Source: Halorhodospira halophila SL1 | Lineage (GTDB): Bacteria > Pseudomonadota > Gammaproteobacteria > Nitrococcales > Halorhodospiraceae | Length of the DNA stretch: 32,000 nt | Direction: 5' to 3' | Assembly: GCF_000015585.1 (NCBI RefSeq) | Contig: NC_008789.1 | Coordinates: 2,580,001 to 2,612,000, forward strand | Shown: positions 16,253 to 24,071 of the stretch, one piece after another | Numbering within the stretch: the stretch's first letter is position 1 | Layout: each line of letters opens with the position of its first letter | Position numbers and translations under genes: made by a program | The notes under the pieces: model-generated | The model's database searches: none | What the model was told of the DNA's origin: nothing | The model's input: the letters and a program-made list of their open reading frames with translations, nothing else

Positions 16253-18919
16253 TCACCACTTCGTTTCGGCCCGATCCCCCTCCCCTGCGTCTGCGCGGAT
16301 GGCCGCCAGGCGGCTCCGGAGAGCGTCGCTGATCTCCGAGAACGCTCCTCCCACAAAGAGGAGAGGCGTTGCGCCATCGGCGCCCGAAAGCACCGAAGTA
16401 TACACCTCGCTGTTCGCGCTGGGCTCCCAGCCCTCAAGCTGCGCGCTACCCGAGCGTACGGCTGCCAGATTGCCCCGCGGCCTGCCTGCCACCCTGTCGA
16501 ATTGTCCGCCCAGATATAGCACATCGTCGTCCCCAGCGTGCTGGATGGTTCTCACGGCTCCCCCCTCAAGCTGCGGATCCCACTTCTGAAGTTCTCCTTT
16601 ATGATCCCAACTGGCGAGGAGGGGGCGAATCACCAGCTCATCGCCCGAGTCACTTTTCCATACGGTGTCGAACGATCCCCCAAGATAGACCCGGTCGTCA
16701 GCCACGCTGATGGCATTGACCGCCCCATCGCCGACCCCTACACCCCAGCTATCATCCAAGCTCCGAGACGACACGTTGAAACTAGCCACCCGTCCAACAT
16801 CCTCGTTGTCGGCTTGGGTGAAGGTCCCGCCAGCGTAGAGCTTATCGTCTACGTAGGCCAAACTATCGACGGTGCTGTTCAGCTGCGGATTGAAGGATCC
16901 TTCGAGGGACGGCCCACCACCATTAAGGTTAAATGCGGCCAAGCGACCCCGTTCTTCATCGTCAACCTGCCAGAACCCCCCACCAGCGAAGAGCGTCTCG
17001 TTGCCGTCATGGGCGAGTGCATAGACGAAGTGGTTGGGCGCCGGGAAGGCATCCCCGGGTTCCGGCACGAAACCGGGGCCGTCTTCCCCTTGATCGTCGC
17101 TGGGGAAGGCCACCAGATACCGGCGCTTATACTCGCCAATGTTCTCAAATCGACCGCCCGCGAACAGCCTATCCTCCGAAGCCTCTAGGGCCAGAACCGT
17201 GTTGTCCACGCGGGGCGTCCAGTCAAGTGCGACCCGGCCGGTATCGCGTTCCATGGCAACCAGGTGCTCCCGCCGGAACCCACTCGCCTGACGGAAATCG
17301 CCGCCGATGTAGACCTCATCACCCTGTGCCGCCAATGCGAGAACCTCGCCTCCGGCACCGGGATTCCACTCCCGCAGGGTGGCCTTATCATCCGCATCGC
17401 GGGAGAAAGCGGCCACATTCGAACGACTCTGCTCGTCTACGTCGGAAAACGAGCCGCCAGCATAGACGGTGTCACCATCATGGCTGATGGCACGCACGGG
17501 CCCCGAGAAGGCTGGAAGCCAGTCTTCGTCGCGTTCCCCATAAGCATCATCGGATAGGTCATAGGCCGTGACATAGCCATCGATGTCACCAGCGACCAGC
17601 AGATGGGAGTCCGTGACCTCCAGGTCGTAAGCCGTGCCCGCGCCATCCAGATCAAAGCCTCCTGGCCAGCCTTCCTCACCTACGCGCTCGCCCGAGTTAC
17701 TCTCGCCGAGTGCGCGGAAGGCAGCGAGACCCGCAGCGTCTTCGCTCTCTATCTCGCCGGCGACGAAGACATTCGGTCCGGATAGGGCAATAGCGTGCAC
17801 GACATCGTTACTACTCAGGGTTTGGCCCCGGAACCCGTCTCGCCAACGACCGACTTCATCATCGAAGGCCGCCAAATGGGGCCGAGCCTCATCGTTATCC
17901 TCATCGGGATGCTGCCAAATGCGGGAGAACTCGCCGCCTACATAAACCGCGCCATCCACGCTCTCCAGGGCATTGATTCTGGCAGTGCTGCCTTCGCTGC
18001 CTTCGACCCGGGCCTTCCAATCCCGCAACTCGCCCTGACCAGTCGAGTAGGCCGCCAACTGGTAGCGTTGCTCTCCTTCTGCTTCGCTGAAGTCCCCTCC
18101 GATATAGAGCGTATCCCCCTTCCGGGAAAGGGCGCGCACCGGGCCATCCAAACGCGGCGACCAGTCTTCGCTGAGGACGCCGTCCGCATCGACATGGGCC
18201 ACGAAGGGCTGCTGAATTCCCGCAACGCGTTCGAAATCACCGCCGATGAACCAACCACCGTCACCATCGGGTTCGACGGCGTACACGGCAGCCGAGAACC
18301 CGGTGATCTGCGGAATCCCGCCAACAGGCTCACCATCTCGAGCAGTGACCGCTACCCCGCCGCCGGTTTGCACTCTCAACTGAGTGAACGCCCCTCCGGC
18401 GTAGAGATACCCTCCCTGCTCCACGGTCGCATAGATGTTGCCGTCAAAACGGAGCACGTAAGGGCGGGCAGCGGCTCGGTTGCTCTGCTCACCGCCGTGT
18501 TGCACCACAAAGAAATGGGGACGATCCGGAGTCAGCCCATCTTCATCGGCACGGATCGTCACCTCATTGGCTTCCTCATCAATGTCGACAAAATCTTCCT
18601 CGACGCTGAGGACCGCAGATCCACTCCCTTCTCCGCACTGAAACTGATGATTGGCCCCCCAATCACAATCCGGATCCTGTGACCAAAGGATCTCCAGCGA
18701 GTCATTCACGCTCGTGTTTTCGTCGAGCGAAAGCACAACCTCCCGCTGCCCTGATCGGGCCTCCAACTGGATGGAAGACGGGGTGGCCGTAGGCGTGTCG
18801 CCGTTCCCATTATCGTCGTCATCATCCGAGTCGCCACAGGCCATCAATATGCCAGCCAGACCGGCGAGCAGTAGCAGACGGAAGCCGCGGGGGGAAGCGC
18901 TGAGGATCTTGGGGGTCAT
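16253..18919 (-). CDS. Large lipoprotein: Asp-rich tether, Ig/FN3-like domain and about 14 beta-propeller-type repeats (DUF5122 / delta-60-like)
   Basis: Lipobox LMAC (Cys28) is followed by GDSDDDDDNGNG. Fourteen repeats of ~45-59 aa are marked by h-Y-h-G-G-x-F (YAGGAF, FIGGDF, YIGGDF, YVGGEF, FVAGEI, LVAGDI, YAGGSF, YIGGDF, FAGGRF, FAGGGF, YAGGTF, YLGGSF, YLGGQF, FVGGAF). No convincing Shine-Dalgarno before the ATG at 18919. Confidence 0.75.
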   Translation of the reverse strand: MTPKILSASPRGFRLLLLAGLAGILMACGDSDDDDDNGNGDTPTATPSSIQLEARSGQREVVLSLDENTSVNDSLEILWSQDPDCDWGANHQFQCGEGSGSAVLSVEEDFVDIDEEANEVTIRADEDGLTPDRPHFFVVQHGGEQSNRAAARPYVLRFDGNIYATVEQGGYLYAGGAFTQLRVQTGGGVAVTARDGEPVGGIPQITGFSAAVYAVEPDGDGGWFIGGDFERVAGIQQPFVAHVDADGVLSEDWSPRLDGPVRALSRKGDTLYIGGDFSEAEGEQRYQLAAYSTGQGELRDWKARVEGSEGSTARINALESVDGAVYVGGEFSRIWQHPDEDNDEARPHLAAFDDEVGRWRDGFRGQTLSSNDVVHAIALSGPNVFVAGEIESEDAAGLAAFRALGESNSGERVGEEGWPGGFDLDGAGTAYDLEVTDSHLLVAGDIDGYVTAYDLSDDAYGERDEDWLPAFSGPVRAISHDGDTVYAGGSFSDVDEQSRSNVAAFSRDADDKATLREWNPGAGGEVLALAAQGDEVYIGGDFRQASGFRREHLVAMERDTGRVALDWTPRVDNTVLALEASEDRLFAGGRFENIGEYKRRYLVAFPSDDQGEDGPGFVPEPGDAFPAPNHFVYALAHDGNETLFAGGGFWQVDDEERGRLAAFNLNGGGPSLEGSFNPQLNSTVDSLAYVDDKLYAGGTFTQADNEDVGRVASFNVSSRSLDDSWGVGVGDGAVNAISVADDRVYLGGSFDTVWKSDSGDELVIRPLLASWDHKGELQKWDPQLEGGAVRTIQHAGDDDVLYLGGQFDRVAGRPRGNLAAVRSGSAQLEGWEPSANSEVYTSVLSGADGATPLLFVGGAFSEISDALRSRLAAIRADAGEGDRAETKW

Positions 18920-19097
18920 GTCGGTATAGACACTCGCAGCAGTTTATAGAACCGAGGTTATGCGCAGCCCCGTGACTGTGCAAGCAGCCAACGGCGGCGC
19001 ATAAGCGAGCAGGTGGAGTGCACGGGGCCGTGTTGGATGCGCTAACCTAGGCGGCTTCAAGCAACCCTGCGCTACGACAGAGAACGGACTGGTAAGG

Positions 19098-20654
19098 ATG
19101 GCCGACGACCGAGAGCATCGCGATCTCCCTCCCGCACACCGGCGTGACGCCGATTTCCCGGCCGAGTGGCAAGACCCGCGCGACGATGAGATCAGCCTGA
19201 TCGACCTGTGGCTGGTGCTGATGCGCCGCAAGTGGGTCATCGCGGGGGTGTTCTTGGTCTGCGTCGTCGGTGGTGCAGCCTACGCCTATCTCGATGAGCC
19301 GGGACAGCGCTACGTCAGCGCACTGGAAATCGGCACGTACCCGACCGGAAGCGACGATGTGGCAACCCTCGAAGACCGCGCCGAGGTGGCCACGCGGCTG
19401 CGCGAATCGCTGGTTCCTTTGGTGCGTTACGAGCTCGCCCAAGAGCACGGGAGATCCTTCCCCGGCGTCGAGGTTTCCGTGCCCGAGGAGGATGCGCCGG
19501 GCGGATTCGTCTTCCTCCAGTCTACTGCCCCGGAGGATCGGGCCGACGTGGTCTCCTCAATTCACCAGAATCTGATCCAGCAGATCATTGATCGGCACAA
19601 CGACCGCCTGGAGGTGCGGCAGGCCCGGTTCGAGGCCCGGCTGGAGTCGATGGATGCGGACTTGGAAGAGCTCCGCGCCAAGCGCGCCGAACGTCGACAG
19701 GAGGCGGAGCATCGAGTCGAAGCACACAAGGACCGACTCGAGCGTCTGGAAAGCGCCGGCGCACAGCGCAAGGAGCAGCTGACACACGCGCTCGAGGAGG
19801 CAGAGGCAGAGCTCAAAACCCTCCGAGAAAACGAGGATCGGCGCCGCCGACAGCTCGAGCACGCGAGGGAAGCCGCCGAAGAGGAACGGGACGCGCTGAT
19901 CGCCAATCGGGACCGCCTGCAAGCGAGGATCGAACAGCTGGAACAACGCCGCAGCTTCCTCCAGGAACAGCAAGAGCTATTGCAGGGGCTGATGCAGGAC
20001 TTCCGCGGTGCCGAAACCGAAGGGCAAGGCATGCTTACGGATAGCCCCGCTGCCCTTGGCTTTCTGCTACGCGGCAACGTAACCGCCGAGCTGCAGCAGG
20101 ATCTGACCAACGTACGCGAGGAGCTGGTACTCGGGCTCGAGGAGCAGCGGCTGGGGCTCGATGAACAACTGCAACAGAACCAGCAGCGGATCCGCGATGC
20201 GGAGCGACGACTGGAGGAGAAAGCAGCGGACCTTGACGAATTCGAGCGCGAATTCCGCCGCGAAGTTGCCGCTGCGGAGCGCCGCGTCAGTGAAAAACGC
20301 TCGGAGCTTCGCCACTTCGAGACAGAGCATCAGAAGCAGGTGCATTCTGCTGAACGTGAGATCGCCCAGCGTGAGCTGCGCCTAGCGCGTTTTGAGGACG
20401 ATTTCGAGCGCGAGATTCGGCGCAAGAAACAAGAGATCCGACAGTACGCCGCCCAGGGCCAGGAGCTGCGCGCAACGGAGGCCTCCGCCCTAGCGGTACC
20501 CAGCGGCTCGGCGGGGCAAGACGGCAGCCTGATCGTAGCCCTTTCCGGCGTACTGGGCCTGATGCTCGGCGTCTTCGGCGCATTCCTGGCGGAGTTCAAC
20601 AGCCGGGCGCGCGAGGTGGCACAGGGGCGTGCGGACCCGTCCCGCCAGGCTTAG
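19098..20654 (+). CDS. Polysaccharide co-polymerase (Wzz/GumC/ExoP N-terminal-like) protein with a long charged coiled coil; no kinase domain
   Basis: TAAGGA lies upstream of the ATG. The N-terminal Wzz-type segment is ISLIDLWLVLMRRKWVIAGVFLVCVVGGAAYAY. Aa ~165-458 are E/R/Q-rich heptad-like sequence. The C-terminal TM is LIVALSGVLGLMLGVFGAFLAEF. Confidence 0.7.
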   Translation: MADDREHRDLPPAHRRDADFPAEWQDPRDDEISLIDLWLVLMRRKWVIAGVFLVCVVGGAAYAYLDEPGQRYVSALEIGTYPTGSDDVATLEDRAEVATRLRESLVPLVRYELAQEHGRSFPGVEVSVPEEDAPGGFVFLQSTAPEDRADVVSSIHQNLIQQIIDRHNDRLEVRQARFEARLESMDADLEELRAKRAERRQEAEHRVEAHKDRLERLESAGAQRKEQLTHALEEAEAELKTLRENEDRRRRQLEHAREAAEEERDALIANRDRLQARIEQLEQRRSFLQEQQELLQGLMQDFRGAETEGQGMLTDSPAALGFLLRGNVTAELQQDLTNVREELVLGLEEQRLGLDEQLQQNQQRIRDAERRLEEKAADLDEFEREFRREVAAAERRVSEKRSELRHFETEHQKQVHSAEREIAQRELRLARFEDDFEREIRRKKQEIRQYAAQGQELRATEASALAVPSGSAGQDGSLIVALSGVLGLMLGVFGAFLAEFNSRAREVAQGRADPSRQA

Positions 20655-20664
20655 ACCGCACCCT

Positions 20665-21099
20665 TCAGGGCGTCCGGCAGGTTACGCGGGAGACACCGCC
20701 CTCCGGGACCACGGTGATCAGCCACGGCTGGCTGATCACCGTAGTGGCCGGGCCATCCGGAGGCGTCACCCGAACCCGGACCTCGCCATCCGCCACTCCT
20801 TCCAATTCCGGCCGGTAACCACCTGACGGACGGGACTTATCCAGGAACAGCACGCCCACAGCGCGGCCCCCGGGCCACTCCATCGGCGGGTCCTCGCCCA
20901 CCTGAGCCCAGGCTTCGTCCCATTGCGCCCCGGACTCGATGAGCACGCAGGCCGGGCCTTCGGCGTCGTGCTGCTGGCCCCGCCAGACCTGGGACTCGCC
21001 GGCCCCGCTGCACCCGGCGATCAGCAACGCCAGGGCGCCAAGGGCCAGCCTGACCGGGCGAAGCACTGCGAAACGTCGGGTTAGCGCGGGGTCAGCCAT
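20665..21099 (-). CDS. PrcB-like (protease complex subunit PrcB C-terminal domain) lipoprotein
   Basis: Strong SD (CCAGGAGGCGGC-ATG). Lipobox LIAGC. The pattern ...AQWDEAW...GRAVGVLFLDKSRPSGGYRPELEGV...VRVRVTPP...TTVISQPWLITVV matches, from memory, the PrcB_C pattern (W..lW, vaVflG.kpTGGY.i.i..v, vtq..t.Py.iv.v). Confidence 0.6.
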   Translation of the reverse strand: MADPALTRRFAVLRPVRLALGALALLIAGCSGAGESQVWRGQQHDAEGPACVLIESGAQWDEAWAQVGEDPPMEWPGGRAVGVLFLDKSRPSGGYRPELEGVADGEVRVRVTPPDGPATTVISQPWLITVVPEGGVSRVTCRTP

Positions 21100-21253
21100 G
21101 CCGCCTCCTGGCAGGCCCGAGACCGGGCTTAATGGTTCCTAGTATGCATGAGCGGGGGCCTCCCTTGCCGAACCCTGCAGCCCCTAGGGATTCCCGACCG
21201 ACCCCGATCGCTGGCATGCTGCAGTACCAGTCGCTATCCAGAGGAATCCGCGC

Positions 21254-23200
21254 ATGAACCGGCCGAGCCGGTTGTCCCTGGCCCTTGGCGGCGCATTGCT
21301 GCTGGCCGGCCCCGGCCCGGTGAGTGCCCCCGAGGGCGCGCCGCCGAACTCCCCGTCGTCGTCCGCTGAATCACCCCAAGAGCTGCTGGTACGGTTCGCG
21401 CCGGATGTGGCGGAGGGCGTCCGCACTGCCACCCACCGCGCCTACGGCGGCCACACCAAGCGTCGCCATGAGCGGGGTCGGTTCGAGGTCGTGCCGCTAC
21501 CGCCTTACGCCGACCGCGAGGAGGCCCTGCGCAAATACCGCGACGATCCCCACGTGGAGCACGCCGAGCCCAACCGGTACGTGGAGCGCGTCGCGGCGCC
21601 TGCCGACGCCGCGAGCGATGCCAACGGGTGGTGGCAGGAGCGCATCCGCCTCACCGAGCTGGAGACAGCAGAACGCAAGGCCGGGGACACCATCGTCGGC
21701 ATCCTGGATACCGGCATCCAGTGCGACCACCCGGCCCTGGCCGACAACACCTGGGACGACGGCGACGGTCAGTGCGGGAAGAACTTCATCGATCCGGACA
21801 CCCCCCCGGACGACGACTCGGATCGGGGACACGGGACCCACGTGGCCGGCATCATCGGCGCGAACAGCGACGAGATGACCGGCGTCGCCCGATCCGTCCA
21901 ACTCCAGGCCCTGAAGTTCCTGGGGTCACTGGACGACGGCACCCTCGCCGATGCCATCGAGGCCATCGACTACGCCATCGAGCAGGGGACGGACGTCCTC
22001 AATGCCAGCTACGCCTACACGGCGAGCCGTACCGACGACGGCCCCCTGCCTACCAGTTGCGCGGATCTCGCCGATACCATGGAGGGGGCTTCGCGCCTGC
22101 ATTGCGAGGCCGTTGCCGACGCCGGCGAGGCCGGGATCCTCTTCGTGGCAGCGGCACACAACTCCGGTAACGACAACGACACCGGCACGGTCGCGCTGCC
22201 GGCAGGCTACCCGCTGGATAACGTGATCGCGGTGGCCGCCAGCAGGGAGACCGCGGCGGGCGAGCCGAGCGACCAACTGGCCGATTTCTCGAACTTCGGG
22301 CGGCAAACGGTCCACCTGGCAGCGCCCGGCGTGGGCATCCACAGCACCGTGGCCGGGGATGACTACGACGAGCTTTCGGGCACCTCCATGGCCACCCCGA
22401 TGGTCGCCGGGGTTGCGGCGCTGCTGCTCGATCAGGCCGGGTCGGAGGCCTCGCACCTCACGATCCGTGAGCGGCTACTCGGGTCCGTGGCCTGCGACCG
22501 CGACGCCGACCCGAGCCTGCCACGCTGCGATGGGAACCCGCTCGGCGACAGCGCCGGCCAACAGCTGGCCGCCAAGACCCTGTCCGGGGGCCGGCTCGAC
22601 GCCGCCGCAGCCCTGGGCGCTGATCCGGATACGGTGCCCCCCGTTCCGCCGAGCCACGTCAGCATCGAGACCGCCTCCGGCATCCCGGAGCTGCGTTGGC
22701 TGTCCTCCAGCCCCACCGCCCGGGGCTACCGCATCGAGCGTTTCGACACCGCCGAGGGGACTTTCCGGCATGTGGCCACCGTCGAGCCGGACCGGGATCG
22801 GTACCGGGATCGCAGCGCCCCGAGCGATACCCTGCTCGGCTACCGCATCCGCGCCCTGGGCAGCGACGGGCAACCGAACTCGCGCTGGACGGAGGCCGGA
22901 ACCGTCGAGACCGACCAGGCCCTGAACCGAGTGACGGAGCAGTTCGCAGGCTTCAGCAGTGCCGAGCGGGATGAGCGGTGTTTCATCGCCACGGCCGCCT
23001 ACGGCTCCGAGCAGGCGCACCAGGTCGAGGCGCTGCGCGATTTCCGGGACGACTACCTGATGCCCCACCCGCCCGGCCGGGCGCTGGTGGCGGCGTACTA
23101 CGCGGTCAGCCCGCCCATCGCCGAGTGGGTCGCCGCCGAGGAACACCGCCAGCGCTGGGTCCGGCGGCTCCTGGCCCTGTTGCCGACTCAAAAGGAGTAG
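21254..23200 (+). CDS. Secreted subtilisin-family (S8) serine peptidase with I9-like propeptide, FN3-like domain and a CFIATAAYGS-type C-terminal module
   Basis: GAGGA upstream. Signal peptide ...LLLAGPGPVSA. Catalytic motifs VGILDTGI (Asp ~152), HGTHVAGIIG (His ~193) and SGTSMATPMVAGVAALL (Ser ~378). FN3-like segment SHVSIETASGIPELRWLSS...YRIRALGSDGQPNS. C-terminal CFIATAAYGS...LRDFRDDYL...YYAVSPPIAEW. Confidence 0.9.
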   Translation: MNRPSRLSLALGGALLLAGPGPVSAPEGAPPNSPSSSAESPQELLVRFAPDVAEGVRTATHRAYGGHTKRRHERGRFEVVPLPPYADREEALRKYRDDPHVEHAEPNRYVERVAAPADAASDANGWWQERIRLTELETAERKAGDTIVGILDTGIQCDHPALADNTWDDGDGQCGKNFIDPDTPPDDDSDRGHGTHVAGIIGANSDEMTGVARSVQLQALKFLGSLDDGTLADAIEAIDYAIEQGTDVLNASYAYTASRTDDGPLPTSCADLADTMEGASRLHCEAVADAGEAGILFVAAAHNSGNDNDTGTVALPAGYPLDNVIAVAASRETAAGEPSDQLADFSNFGRQTVHLAAPGVGIHSTVAGDDYDELSGTSMATPMVAGVAALLLDQAGSEASHLTIRERLLGSVACDRDADPSLPRCDGNPLGDSAGQQLAAKTLSGGRLDAAAALGADPDTVPPVPPSHVSIETASGIPELRWLSSSPTARGYRIERFDTAEGTFRHVATVEPDRDRYRDRSAPSDTLLGYRIRALGSDGQPNSRWTEAGTVETDQALNRVTEQFAGFSSAERDERCFIATAAYGSEQAHQVEALRDFRDDYLMPHPPGRALVAAYYAVSPPIAEWVAAEEHRQRWVRRLLALLPTQKE

Positions 23201-23270
23201 ACCCCACCGGCCATCGGCTGCAGCAGCAGCGCAAGGGCGGCCAGGTGGGCCAGGGTGCGGCGCATGGCGG

Positions 23271-24041
23271 CTAGCGCAACGCCGGGTGATCGGGGTGCTT
23301 GATCTCCAGCATGCGCCGGGTGGCCTCTGCCTCGCGCTCGCGGCCCAGCCGCTCGAGGGCATCGACCTGCAGCGCCAGGGCGTCGGCGGCGGCCTGCTGC
23401 CCGGGGTACTGCTCGGCGATCCAGGCCCCACGCTCGGCCGCCTCGGCGTAAGCGCCGTCGTCCAGCCGGCGCCGAGCCCGACGCAGCTCTTCCTCGGCGA
23501 CATCGCTACGAATCTCGTTCATTCGCCGGGCGGCCTCTTCGGCCCGTTCGCTCTCCGGGTAGTCGCGGACGATGTCTCGGTAGTAACCAAAGGCGCGCCG
23601 GGCCCCGGCCGCGTCCCGCTCCGCTTCGCCCTCCGTGGCATCCCACAGCGCGTGCGCGGCGGCGGCCCGGAGATAAAGGGCGTAACGGAGATCTTCGTCG
23701 TCGGCCTGCTCCTCGGTCTGGGCAGCTTGGCGATGGAAGATTTCGGCCCGTTCGATCGCCTGCGGGTACTGCCCCAGGCGATACTCCACATAGGCAGCCT
23801 CGAGAAGCGCCTGACGGGCGTGCCGCGTCTCGGGGTACGCCTCCTGCAGCTCGTCGAGCATCCCCTGGGCCGCCTCGAGGTCCCCGCGCTCGACGGCCTC
23901 CAGCGCCTCGGCGTAGAGCGACCGAGCCTGTTCGCGCTCCTGAGCGGACCCACCGCCGAGGGCTGCACAGCCGCTGAGCAGCAAACCGGCTGTCAACAGA
24001 GACAGAACACGGTATCGTAGGCAGCGGATCGACACCCCCAT
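23271..24041 (-). CDS. bamD: Outer membrane protein assembly factor BamD (TPR lipoprotein)
   Basis: Lipoprotein signal MGVSIRCLRYRVLSLLTAGLLLSGC. TPR-like helices with BamD-type layout (...LQEAYPETRHARQALLEAAYVEYRLGQYPQAI..., FGYYRDIVRDYPESERAEEAARRM..., ...AERGAWIAEQYPGQQAAADAL...). The ATG at 24041 is preferred over the TTG at 24083. Confidence 0.7.
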   Translation of the reverse strand: MGVSIRCLRYRVLSLLTAGLLLSGCAALGGGSAQEREQARSLYAEALEAVERGDLEAAQGMLDELQEAYPETRHARQALLEAAYVEYRLGQYPQAIERAEIFHRQAAQTEEQADDEDLRYALYLRAAAAHALWDATEGEAERDAAGARRAFGYYRDIVRDYPESERAEEAARRMNEIRSDVAEEELRRARRRLDDGAYAEAAERGAWIAEQYPGQQAAADALALQVDALERLGREREAEATRRMLEIKHPDHPALR

Positions 24042-24071
24042 CCCCTTTGCACGTCTCGCTGGGGTGCAACT

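Noticed and set aside
18920-21253. A shared 8-mer AACCCTGC plus CCTAGG in both divergent control regions (18920-19097 and 21100-21253), considered as a possible common operator.
   Set aside because: The order and spacing of the two elements differ between the regions. An 8-mer match between two ~160-nt segments on either strand is roughly what chance predicts.
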